Shown in pieces: positions 23,920 to 36,800 of a stretch of DNA of 64,000 nucleotides (position 1 is its first letter; every line of letters starts with the position of its first letter). The notes under the pieces are model-generated. The model had not been told where the DNA came from, made no database searches, and saw nothing but the letters and a program-made list of their open reading frames with translations. The translations under genes and the position numbers were made by a program. The DNA is taken from the NCBI RefSeq assembly GCF_963676685.1, contig NC_092347.1, forward strand, positions 17,174,001 through 17,238,000, given 5' to 3'. This stretch comes from Mytilus edulis (lineage: Eukaryota).

Positions 23920-25807
23920 TATGAATCTTAGATTATTCTGCTTGATTTACCTTCTATAGCTTATAGTGTTGTCAGTCGGTCAAATAGCAATCCATCGATT
24001 TTCACAAGTGCGTGGATTATTTGTTACTGGACGGCACATTTCTTGCGATTGTCGTTAGTTCGACGTCATAATATTGTGTTTTGTCGACGTCATCAGACAA
24101 TGTGACGTTCATTATCGACAAGTTAACGTTTTCCCGAATATTTCATTGATGGCCGGTTTTGACAAAGATATGAAGTCATTGCATTTTGCTGTTCATTGGT
24201 GCACCTGATTTGTTTTAAGAGTGGTAAGTCTCACAAATGAATTTGTGAGTATTTTTCAAGAAAATTTTGTTATGTACACTCATGGATACCTCTTCCACAC
24301 CGTTTTTATGAATACATACTTGCGTCAACTGATTGAAAAAATAGTAGCAAAAATGTATAACCAAAGGCATAGTCACTCTGACTATAGAATATATTGAAAA
24401 CTTCAGGTTGATTGTTACTAAAGCTTGCACACAGCTAAAAAATAGGTGCCGAAAGTTTGATTGGCAGTGATGGATATTTTCTTACTGAAAAGCAATGAAA
24501 TGATATGTGAATTTTTTTTTATAGTAGATCTACTGGACAGGATAAAATTTACTCATGCCAAGTATTTCTTTATTTGGTAAAAGATAAATTCTGAACATTT
24601 TTTTGAAAAGTGCAAATCTAACAAAGACTAATATGCGAAAATCAATGGTGGTATTACACCTACATAATTTTAAACCCCGGGAAATTGTTTGGACAGGTTC
24701 TTATGCAAGATATATCCGTTTACTACATATGATAAACGTATTTTTCTGGAGATGAAAACTTGACCGGTTTATTAGGCAAATCACAAATTAAAGAAAGTCT
24801 GAAGATTTGTGAAGTTTGCGAGTCTGCGACCTAGCGATTTAAACATTAATCAATTCCTATATGATGAACACACAGAATGAAGTAGTTGCACCAATCATAA
24901 TGTGTCACAATTCAAATTAACGTTACAACATGTAGAGTGGGGGCACATATTCGCCGGGGACACAATTTCGCTGTTTTAGTTACATACAACTATTTTATAG
25001 AAGAGTTAGAAGAAGAAAAAATGGAAAAAGTATATTTGAGGTGTCCATGAGGGTCAGCGGAGTTCAAAAAGTGGGGTGTTATAAGACTCTTCCTTTCTGT
25101 TTTCTGTAGATATTCGGACTTTAAATCTTCTTATTTGTTAAATTAATAACTTGATTATCATATTTAATTCACATTGATAACGATAAAAGACAAAATAATA
25201 AACTGTTGTTGTGTTCGGTGGTGTTTAGCGGTGTTCGGTGGTGAAAAGACCTACGGGATTTTTCCTCTCTATTTTAGTAATTAGATTTTGCCTGGTCATT
25301 AATCATGCATATTCATGATATTGGTACACAGGTAACTTTTATGTATAAATAGCCGAATCTTCTGGAGTTTCGTAAACAACAACGTGAAACGATATATATA
25401 CTACTTCATAACGTGCGGTGACCTCACGTGTGTGGTAAAATTTGTTGATTGATGCACGTGGCTATTCTAGTAAATGAATTAATCTACAAAGCGAGGGCAC
25501 TTTCCATTTTCATCAGCTAAGAGTCGACTAGCCCTTTTTGAAAGGCTAATGATTGTATACTATCAGAAATCTATAACCATTACACATGAATGATTGCATG
25601 TCTATCAAATCATAAATGTATAAACCATCTATGATCAAATAAACCTGTCTTCGAAAATTGAACTTTTGATGCCAAATTAACATGTTCTTGTCTTGATGTA
25701 ACAATCATTTTAGGAGTTTGTTTTGTCTTCTCTCTGTGGGTTTTTAAGCAATAAATTCCACATGATTACCTCATATTTATCCGGTTTCCATATATATATA
25801 TATATAG

Positions 25808-25950
25808 GACTCTGAGGTTCGAATAGGACGCTGGGGTGCGATGGTCACGCTGAAGGGTAATGACCAGCGCTGAAGTGCAATGGTCTGCGCTGAAGTGGGA
25901 TGTTCGGTTCGCTGAAGTGCGATAATCTGCTCTGAAATCTGTGATTGTCT
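25808..25950. repeat. ~20-bp GC-rich minisatellite (cgctgaagtgcgatggtc-like, ~6 copies) between TA runs
   Basis: cgctgaag core repeated with ~20-bp period. Confidence 0.7.
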
Positions 25951-26716
25951 ATATATGTCGTTCGTTATGACGTCGCGTACGGTGTTGGTGTTAGTTTTGG
26001 TAACGTTAGTTTGACGTTATTTTTCATGCATTGTATAAATAACGTTGTATACTTTTTTCATTTCGTGCAGCTCAATCGTACAGCATAATTTATATGAGCG
26101 GTTTGCTTGACTTGCTACGTATAGAACCGACATGCAAAAGCGGTACATATTGTTTATAAGTACAGTTAAATTAAAAAGGAAAAAAAAATATTCATTTAAA
26201 TTAGAATCCCCTTGGAGCAAAGATATTTACTCTTTTTTTGATTGAAACAGGATATTTAATAAAAAAAAGTTTAAACCCCTGTCTTTTCTGCTGCTTTTTC
26301 TTTTAGTTTAAACATATTTATTTATAGTGGATTGTGAAACAAGTTATTACAACTTATATTAACCCGTTTCCACTTTGAGGGTGCGAGTGCTTCCTTGTAG
26401 CCTTAGTCTGCTCTTTTCGAAATCTAAAAGGGTGACTTATACGTGCAAGAGATACTGCTCTCTCTTAACACGGGTCAGTCTTTTATCGCCCCCTTCCGAC
26501 GGACTATCATTGTTTTACAAGACCATCATACTCGCGAATAAAAAAAATTATTAGTTGAATAGTTTGTTTCATCGCCTGTATTAAATGTTCAAAGAATCAA
26601 CAGTTGAAAGCAAATTCAAAATTAACCACAATAAAGTTAATTTAATCAAATTTGCCGATTTCATAATTCATAAACAAAAGGAAATTTAATCTCACCTATA
26701 AACAAGAAAACAGATT

Positions 26717-27429
26717 GGCGCAGATAATTTTAGCGAAAAACTACTAGGGGACATTTTAGCGCAGACATTAGAGCCCATTTTAGCGCAGGATTAATCCGTT
26801 CAGCTGTATTTTCGATAGCCCATTTTAGCGAAAACTTTCCTAGTTGAATAATTCTAAAACCACGAGCATTAATTTATGCTGGCTTAATATTAAAGTTGTA
26901 TGTATATATATATATGTTCACTGAAATAAAAGTAATTCTTTAGTTGTCACTCAGCTATTTACGTTTTTCTTGATACAATCATCAAATTGCAAACAACAAC
27001 ATATATAAAAATACAATGTATAGACGAATGTGCACCACAATCTAGACAAGGTAAAGAGAAAAATCAGTTCCTACTGCAACTTTATGAACAGTATTGTACA
27101 GGGGGTATACCCAGAGCCCATTACTTACGTTCTCTTGAATATAAATTCCAGGCTAGAAGGTCTTTTAAAATTTGATTTTAAAATTTTAGTGTTATATTTT
27201 AATGGACATGATATTTTTTAAATTGTGCTGTCTTGCTTCTATTTAAAAAAAAATATTGATCATTAATCATAAAATAGATTAAAGCATTGCTCTAAAATGG
27301 GCATTGATAATTTCCATTTTCGCTCGAATGGGTTTTAAATTTTGGGCTAAAATGGGCTTTACTTTGGCGCTAAAACGTTAGATTTTTTTCTCCAAAATGT
27401 CCTACCAATGCGCTAAAATGTCCTCCGCC
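26717..27429 (+). mobile_element. Internally deleted Mutator/MULE-like element nested in the above
   Basis: Imperfect TIRs ggcgcagataattttagcg / cgctaaaatgtcctccgcc; subterminal cattttagcg repeats inverted at the two ends; aaacagat duplicated in the flanks; internal peptide LLQLYEQYCTGGIPRAHYLRSL resembles invertebrate MULE transposase C-termini. Confidence 0.55.
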
Positions 27430-28087
27430 GAAACAGATACAGATATTAATTTTAACTAGATTCGATAAAAATCTGTTAAGATATTGTATCAAAATTATGA
27501 TAATGTGAAATAAAAATTTATATCAGATCCCTTTTGCACTGATTGTACATGGGCATATTTTTTCTCTTCTAGATCTCACGCATGGGTCTTTGTTTTTGAT
27601 AAAAAGTGTGCAAACAAAATAAATATTGAAACAAATATATAAATAAAAATGCAAGTATGAACTTAAGAATGTTTCATTAATCCTTGTATGTGCCCATCGA
27701 AATTGACAAAGAAGCATGCCAGTATTTTGAGGAAGGGGAAGCATTTTTTATCCTTGCATGTTCCCATGTCCCTAGAAACACACTATCCATTCTTTCTGAT
27801 TTGAAAATGTGCAATATAAATTGATCCTTTTTCTATTATAATCGTTCGTTCTAAGACACCAGGTCCCATGTACTGAATAGAGAAAGTTCAAACTAGGCCC
27901 CCAAACTGCCTCAATAATAGATAAAAGGGGAGGGAGAGGGTTTCAGAAACATTAAAACTGTTAAGAAAGTTTTGAATAAGCATTCAATGACATATTTGTC
28001 GCTGGGCGTCAGATAAACAATGAATCAATACACCAAAAAATGCGGCAATTTGGGTTACGCAATGTTTCAATCAATCTCCTTATTATA

Positions 28088-28246
28088 CTTAAGAATTGAA
28101 TGCTTCTTTTTGTAAATTTATTGGGGTGTAAAAGCGTTGACCGAAGTACATTTTGTATGAAGCGCGGAAGCGCTTCATTCTAAAAATGTACGCACGGTCA
28201 ACGCTTTTACAACCCTATAAAGTTAAGAAGCATTCAATACTTATAA
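28088..28246. repeat. ~160-bp imperfect palindrome/hairpin element
   Basis: tgtaaaagcgttgaccg...tgaagcgc-ggaa-gcgcttca...cggtcaacgcttttaca, with outer arms attgaatgcttctt / aagaagcattcaat. Degenerate partial copy near 57185-57222. Confidence 0.85.
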
Positions 28247-28484
28247 TTACATTTTTAGTTATAATCATGAAAACACAATTTTATATATTTTATTATTTAA
28301 TTCACCTGTGCACTTTATTGTTGGAGCACGTGTTATCATGAGTGAAAAGTTGTATTGAGCAATGCAACTGCTTACGGAATAACACGTGATGTGCAGTTAG
28401 CCAATCAGAATAAAATATTATTATGAAACATACATCTAATGTAATTATATGTAATTAAATCATACTATTGGTAGAGAAATTCAC

Positions 28485-28670
28485 AATTTGTTATATCAAA
28501 TTGACAATTTGTTATTTCTAATTGATAATTTGTTATATCAAATTGATAATCTGTTATATCAAATTGATAATTTGTTATATTAAATTCATATTTTGTTATA
28601 CCAAATTCATAATTTGTTATATCAAATTCATAATCTGTTATATCAAATTCATAATTCGTCATATTAAATT
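28485..28670. repeat. 21-bp minisatellite (ttgttatatcaaattgataat, ~8-9 copies)
   Basis: Direct inspection; it explains the spurious ITNYEFD-repeat ORF at 28465-28689. Confidence 0.9.
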
Positions 28671-28727
28671 GGAAAAAATTAATTAGCATGGTACGTAAAA
28701 GCTTCCGTAATTTGCGACGTTAGGCAC

Positions 28728-29960
28728 TGACGCAACGTTAGATATTGCTACTACCACGAAAAATAGCGTTAAGTAAATATTTGAAGGATTTTTTTTTATC
28801 GAAATGCTAAAATAAATATTTCAAGTTATACATTAAAATAAAGATTGATTCTTAAATTTTCACATAATGATAGAGAAAGAATAAAAGTATAATATCCATA
28901 GGCTTAGGACGACACAGATTATCCGAAAAAAACGTTTACTTAGCGTTGTCCCATGTAACAAACTCGAAACATAAAACTCGAACAATTCGCGAAATGTTCA
29001 CGCAACTCTTCGAAATTTAGCATGAACATTCTATAACGTGATATATTTCAGTATTGGTTAACATGCATGTCTCTATTTAAAATTTGCATACATATTTTCA
29101 AAAGAATATGATGTACGGAAATGTCCCATCGGAAATTTAATTTAGAAACTTGAAACATTTCAGTTCAAAAATAAAATTTTGACAGATAATTCATTAAATT
29201 GTAAGCACGATAGTTTAGTACTAAGTGTTAGCTACCAAAATTCGAGTTGAAAAATAAATATAGCTACATATTCAATTCAAACCAATAGATTTGCAATGTC
29301 TTGCGGAAATGTCCGAGTTAAACTTTCATGCCTTCACAAAACTTTTACGGCCAAAAAATCAGAGATTTGATTTCTTGAAGATTATTTTTCGGCTTTGATA
29401 ACTATACCAATAAAAAGTACTTTTAAAGTTGAAGTTGGTACACCAAATAGCATTAAGATTACAGGGTTATCTATAAAAAATACGGATTAATGAAAATGTC
29501 TTGCAAGTTTGTCCGTTATCATAATTTAACGTCGCTACAAGCGTAAAACGCCAGGGACGGCATGAACTGCATTCGTGTTCCTTCCTCCACTAAATATAAA
29601 TGTCCTGCTTTCAACCATGATGCACACATTAGAAAAATACACATCTATAAACGACCAAAAAGTAAAAAAAAAAATCAGTATCATAAGTATAAGCTATTGT
29701 ATGTCACTGCTTGAATAAAATCATATTCGGGTTGAATATAATGCAGCAATATTTCTCCAAAAACACATAATTACTAGCAGTAAAATTGAATATCCTATGT
29801 TAATTATAAAATCATATTGGATTCTCACGGCATTTATACTTGTGTGTTATACTTTGCCTTTACCCAAAAAGGAAAGCAGGAAGAAGTAGATAAAGCGCGT
29901 TTTCAATTTAACGTCATTTTTCTGTTACACTAAATGGTAGCAATATCTGACGTTGCGTCA
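28728..29960. mobile_element. ~1.2-kb non-autonomous TIR element, nested
   Basis: tgacgcaacgttagatattgctac / gtagcaatatctgacgttgcgtca, 24-bp inverted repeat with 1 mismatch. Confidence 0.65.
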
Positions 29961-31863
29961 CTACATGTCAAGTTTTACAGAACGTAACGTCAAAACAAGT
30001 AAAAAAGCATGGTGTGACATTATGACTAGACAAAAGTAGTCGCTGACTGTGTCGTTAATTCTTCTGACATGTGATCGAAAATGGGTTCAAAAAAATCCCT
30101 GAACAGTAGATTTTAATGTTATATAGTATTTTTGTGCTATTATAATTTCAAATTTTCCACCCTCCAAAACTGTATAATATGACTTATCATACTTGTAACA
30201 AAAATGTAGAAAACGGCGTTTTGTGACATTTTGACTAGACAAAAACAAAAAGATCACGTTTATTTTTTTTTCAATATTTTCTCTTAAAACTTCGACACAA
30301 TTTTTGTTCATACACTTAAAAAAATAGTTTTCACGTTTGAATAAAATTTCATATCGTAGAAAAGACTGCAACTGCCTATTACTTTTCATAAGACACTTAA
30401 CAAATACGCCAAAACATCAGAAAACGGCGAGTGTGACATTTCAACGGATTTAATAAAATGAACAATTTAGGACATAATTTAAACAATACTTACTAATTGA
30501 AGACATAGAAAGTTGTATATTTATTGTATAATTTTGACACAAGAAGGGTGGATATGTAAATTGTGGTTTGGATATGCAGCATTCGTTCGAATTTTGAAGA
30601 GTTCTAAAAAATATGCGAGATTTGGGTTTTGTGACAGAAATAAAAATTTCAAAAAATCATGAATTCTGGCACGATCTTTTGAAATGTTGTTACAAAACTT
30701 ATTAATTTTTTTCCTTATAATATACGGAATAAAAAGATATATCATTTTCGGAATAATCTATTTGAATTACCTTTTAAAATCACTCTTAACTTCACCCTTA
30801 TCCATACTTTTTTCTATTTTCGGCTTGACCACAACACAAAGTGAACTTTTCGTCCTGGTCAGACGCGTCCAGTTAACGATGACGTCATAAATAAAACATA
30901 CACCATTAACACCAAAGACTACTCTTGCTAGGAGTTCAACTTTTTTTTAATAAGTTTAAAAAATGACAAGAATAACTTCAAAGCAACGCTGATCATATGT
31001 CACGGTGTTACGTGTCCACACGGGCAAAATCAGTGTTACTAGGGATCATTCGAGTTACAAAATGAAAAAAGTAATGACTTTAAGGCATATTCCATTCCTA
31101 CTTTTAATTACGCACATTTTGATATATACATTTATATAGTTATCAATTCCGAAACTTCTAACAAATGCAATAAAGGCGAACTGGAAAGCAAAATCCGTAT
31201 TATCACCAACACCGTACGCGACGTCTATATAGTTTTGTATTTAAATAAAATTTTGCTGCTTCATGGGCGTAAAAAAAAAAAAATGATTCATACGATCAAA
31301 TGGGGGTTAAATTTGTCACGACCAAAGGATCGGAAACGGTAATTTTGCCAGTCTTGTCCGATACTGAAAGTATTTGTCCTAAACGAGTAAATGGGATTTA
31401 GGGCAAAAAAATTTTTTTTTAACAGAAATATTTTCTGTCATTTTGTTATGACTCACAACATTAAGTTACAAAAAGGAATATCTTTTTTTAATTTTTTTTT
31501 TGTTCAGTTCATACCGAAGCTTATATGGTGAAGATGACGACCTCTTGTCTTCACTTTAAAATAGTTCGTGCAATACTTATAACTACATGTACCAAGTTTG
31601 AGGTTCAATACGTAAACAACTTCCTGTACTAAGCCAAATCTATCCGTAGTTAAATGATGATCGACATACTAAAAGTGTTTGTTTTTTGGGGGTAATTTAT
31701 TTCTCAAACTGACCAGTACTTAGACATATTCCATCTTATTGTATACTACTAAAAGAAAGTTTTGTTATTCTTCCATTGAGATTAATGAGGTCAAACTTTG
31801 AGGGCTTCTATTTTTGTACAAAATGCGTCTATTAAAATGTGGGACAAATTTATGGAATAAATG

Positions 31864-32415
31864 GCGAATGTGCCCCCGCTTGCACATAACGTTATAAAGG
31901 GACGGTAACTCATGAACTGTAAAAGTGACGCTACCCAAATTTGTACTTGTTGATCTGTATTTTGTGGAAATAAGTATTGTTCATAATTTTCATAACATTA
32001 CTGAGTTGAGCAAACGTAAGTTAAAGAACGGAAACGAAAAATCAGCATTTGTTTCCCCATTTGTAAAGGGTATTACTCTAAAACGATAAAAGTGACGCCA
32101 CCAAAATTATAATTTGATCTGTGTTTTGTTGTTTCAAGCATTGTGTATAAATGTCATAACATTTGGTTGAGGTTAACTAAAGTTGAGAGAACAGAAACAA
32201 AAAATTCAGCAACTTTTCCATATTCAATGGGGCATTACTCTAGAATGGTAAGAGTGACGCCAGCAAAATCCTAACTTGATCTGTGTTTTGTGGTTATAAG
32301 CATTGTGCATAAGTTTCATACCATTTGGTTGAGGCAAACTAAAGTTAGAGCGAAAACCAATTTTGGGACGAACGTTCTGACGGATAAGGGTAAAAGTTAA
32401 TGCCCCCGCCGCTTC
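31864..32415. mobile_element. HINE-like (Helentron-associated) element with ~150-bp internal tandem repeats
   Basis: Three related units containing aaagtgacgcca...gatctgtgttttgtgg...cataacatttggttgagg; tgcccccgc motif at both ends; absent from the paralogous region near 42600. Confidence 0.55.
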
Positions 32416-33876
32416 TATGAAATTGTCTCTCCACACTTGTTAATTTTCATTTTTTTGCAAACATGTTAGTTTCTGTTACCATGTAATCAATTATGCCCAT
32501 CAGGTTTACCATCTTGTCAGTTTTGTGCTTTGTATGCATTTTTTTTAACTACACCATGTACAAAAAGCTTTTAAAAATTAGGACTTTCAAGTTTGACCAC
32601 TGCCCTCAAAGTTTGCGAACAGTTTTGCTGTCTGAAATTTGACCAACATAACTTTTGAATACACAAATGATTGAAGATTAAGAAAACTCAAACTTGAAAG
32701 GTTAATCGAGATTTGGTTCATTTTATTTTCAGTCAGAAGTTGCATTTTTTAGTAGTATGCAAGTCTTATATTACTTTTGTATTGTTCAGTTTTTATTTTT
32801 TTGTGTTCTCTTTTGTGTATTGGTGTTTGTCTCTTTGTCTTTTTCTTTTTTAGCCATGACGTTGTCAGTTTATTTTCGACTTATGAGTTTGAATGTCTAT
32901 TTGGTATCTATCGGTTCTCTTTTCACACAAAACGAATATTTTGTCATGTCGGGCCTTTTATAATATAAAATGCTTATCAACTATGGACTTTTGACGAAGT
33001 CAATAAGTTACATATGAACCTGATTCGATGGTATTGACCGAGGACGAACTAAAACCAGTATGAGGGACAAAACCAAAAATAAAAAGAGAGCAATGCCAAA
33101 TTGCTGGAAGCAAACAAGTTGATATTAAAATCATGCTGTTCTATTCTCTTGTATTGATAGACAAATTTTGGAGGGGATTTCATATACAGCAAAATTAAGA
33201 AATAATTGATGCAAGCTATACTTTGTTGTAGTTTTACCATTGGTAGGCATTATATACGTGATTATTTTTGCCCGAGCGATAGTGAGGGCTAAAATAACAC
33301 GAATATAATGCCTACCCATGTTAAAACTACATTAAAGTAGTAGCTTGCATCAATTATTTCGATTCTGATTAGGACAATTAAAATGTGTATAGGTGGAGCC
33401 CGTTTGTATAAACTATGCCATAAATCTCCCTTTTTCGTTGATAAACAAGCAAACGACTGGCAATATGATTTTTCAGAGGGAGGAGTTTGAACAGCCAACA
33501 TGAACGGTTGTCGTACATGTGCATGTATCTAGGTCAAATACTAGTATGTCAATTTCCAAATGCAACACATTACAGTCATACTAAATGAATTAGTAACAAC
33601 ATGTGCATCATTTAAGAGTTTAGGAGTGTTTTAAATTAATGAAATATATTAAATGCATGACAATTTGATCAAATTCATTATTCTGCAGTAGTCAATACAC
33701 GCATGTGCAAACAAATTTTATTGGATTTAGAGCATGGATTTATTCACAAAGCGAAAGAAGCACGTCATATTAGAATCATGAATAAACTAATCTTGAGAGC
33801 TATTCTCAACAATACAAATTTGTGAATAATTTAAAACAGAAAGATATGTATTCACTTGTTTATAGCAGATTTATGT

Positions 33877-36800
33877 TTATACTATATACTTTTTAGTGAA
33901 CGCAAAAACGTTTTTCGTGATATCCACGGCATTTTGTTGAATTTGTAATAAAGATGAGAGAAGTGGTCGGCAGTCCTTCACGTCACCAGAATCTGTTAAA
34001 ATGTTAAATACCCTATCGGCCAAATAACCAAGCATATCAACATTTTCTCGAAGCTGTGAACATTTAATACCGGATTTTATGAGTTTATCGATAAAAACGT
34101 AACAATATTCTGCCATGTGATGAAGCTCAACGTAAACTGATACCATATTGTTCAGTAATCCCTTAATCTTCTCTTCCACATCTGAACAAACAGAAACATT
34201 ATCTTCTGTGCCATCGAACATTGGAAAATATAGTGGTCCTTTTCTTTTGGCAATGTTTTTACATTTAGATATGATCTGAAGAGAACCTTTTCTGAGTTTG
34301 TTTATTTTTTGTGGATGACGACCCTGTCGATGGTTAACGGCTTTCTTGTAATCTCCACTTCTATTTCTATTTGATACATTAGAATAACCATCCATTTCGG
34401 TAACCTTTAGAGTAGTTGTTCCTCTCAGTGGGTTTCTAATGCTCTGACTGCAACTTTTAGTCCACCTATGGTTGCCGTCTTGATTCGTTCGTAAACATCC
34501 CCAGCAGAAATAAGCTCCGCATGGACAACTCATATAGAAACAGACACCACCCATATGCTCAATGAACCTTTTACACTCCGGACACGATTTCCCACGGACA
34601 TCTACGAATGATGCTGATATGGCAATGTCGTCTCCAAGCAGTTTTAATTTTTTCCAGTAAGCTCGTGCTTTATCACATGGAACTGGCCAGTGTGGTGGCT
34701 GTAAGCATTGGAAGCAAATGTGTGTTCCACATATACACGCAACATCCTTCGCTTTTTCTGGATTAGTTACTGTGATTACCCTACAACAGTTTGGATTTGG
34801 ACACCATTTAGCATCCGCAGCCAATAACTTTAGGTCGTGGTGACGTCGTTTTATACCAAGTACTTCGAACACGTTTATAAATGTCAAAAGTACAGCGTCA
34901 GCGACGGTTTCTTTGCATCCATGTTCTGGACATGTTATGTTCACAGAACCCATATTCATACGCGATCTGGAATGGTCTATCCAACATTCATCACAAAACC
35001 AATGTCCACATGAAGTAAGAGCTGTTCCAGGTTTTCCGCCTTCAGCCATAAAATCAAAGCAAATTCCACAATATTCTGACGAAATATATTCATAACCGAG
35101 TTCAACAACTGTTTCATTATCACTCAAACTGTTATTGAAAATATCTTTAAATAGCGTTTTTCTCGTAACAAAAGAAACTTCTTTCTTAATTTTCTGACAG
35201 TTGTTCAAATTCTCAAATTTCATGGAGGATGTACATTCTTTGGAGGGTACTTTTTCATTTTCTATAAATCCGTCGGTTGACATCATATCTAGGAATGTCA
35301 CAGCTCTGTGTAAAATATCTTCTACGCAACCGTTGTAATAGTCAAACATTGTCAAAATTCGGAATTTTTCTGAGTTTGTTCCAATATTAAGACATACTCT
35401 AAATACGCCGTGTGTCTCTGTACTGTTGACATCGTATTCATCATATGTAAATACAACACAGGAGGTCAGGTCCCAATTTTTCAAGATTTCTGCTTGCAAA
35501 CATATGGTGTTTTTCAATCGAATTTTCATTCTGTCGCTAACATCGATTAAAAACTTTCGTGGTAAACAAGGACATTCAACATAGCTTTTGCCATATCGTT
35601 CTTTCAACAATGAACTCTCTACTTCTCTTTTTGGAAGCAATACAAACACAGGCTCCATTGTTTTTCTATTCTCAGTTAAAGCCAAACTTGTAGGTTCTTC
35701 GATTTGTGGCGTTTCGTCTGCCGTAATCTTTGGTTCATATATTTTTCTGTCTTTAGATTCGAAAGTCTGCTTTGAAAAATAGTTAATGTTGTTTCTTTGA
35801 CACAAACTTTGCATTAAAGCAGCATGTATCATGATATCTTCTAATAGTTCTGTGTTTGTGACGTCTTCTTTCTTAGCGTTTTCGTACAGGTACGAAGCTG
35901 ATTCATCGTCTAACTCCGTCTCCGTTTCGGATTCGTCGTCATAAATATCTTCAAATGATTCGCAATATTCGTCATAGTATTGACCAACACTGAGTTTCTC
36001 CCTTTGTCTTCTGGCTTTTGTTGTTCGGCCACGCCCATTTTCAGATTTATCAATATTATGCCCGACATATTTTGGATTGTGAACTACTGAACATGTTGAT
36101 GGACTAGGGTAAACGACTTCAATTTGAAGGATAGGTTGTGTACCAGTTTTGTCGTCTATTATGCTTTGAGCTACGACTGATTCTCCGTTGAAATAAGTTT
36201 TCTTTTTACTTTCTATTTTCTTCATATTTCCTTTTGAGGAATAGTACCCAACAGTATGACTTTTCTTTGCGATGTCATGGGAGACAATTAACTTGACGTT
36301 TGATTTCAAGTTCTTGTAGCTTCCTGACAAAATGGAATGTTTAAGCATTTCCGGAAGTTCCCATCTTCCTTTTTTATTGAGCGAATATACCACATCATCT
36401 CTATCCATATTTAGATCTTCTAAAATGGTATCTTTCATTGCTGTTGGACTCCATGACTTTCTTAGAAGACAAGATCTCTTACTGTATGTACGATTGAACC
36501 TGCAATGAAATATCAATATTTTGAAATCACAAACTTATCGCATTGATGCAAGCGTAATGCCTTAGCCCAACCCCTACCAAACAATGAAGTTTTATTGTAC
36601 ATATGACTGTTATACGACTTTAGATTCAAAATCTTTCTATACTGAGTAGCTAAAATATTATATCGACTTCAGAACAAACAAACATTTCGAAAGCTTCATT
36701 CAGCACTAACATTTCTAGTTTTAATAATACACCTCTAATGGTGTAAGACAACTTTGACCGATGACAATCAATTGTTGTGCCTTGTGAACGAAATAATTGG

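Larger units (their letters stand above)
25969..31225. mobile_element. ~5.26-kb non-autonomous DNA transposon-like insertion with perfect 22-bp TIRs and nested elements
   Basis: gacgtcgcgtacggtgttggtg (25969-25990) is the exact reverse complement of 31204-31225; 'tat' on both flanks. Confidence 0.7.

Noticed and set aside
36500-36516. ORF-track starts MIFHC / MVFHC (also 46360-46376) for the RBR genes
   Set aside because: Non-ATG starts located within the splice acceptor; the real start is in the small upstream exon.
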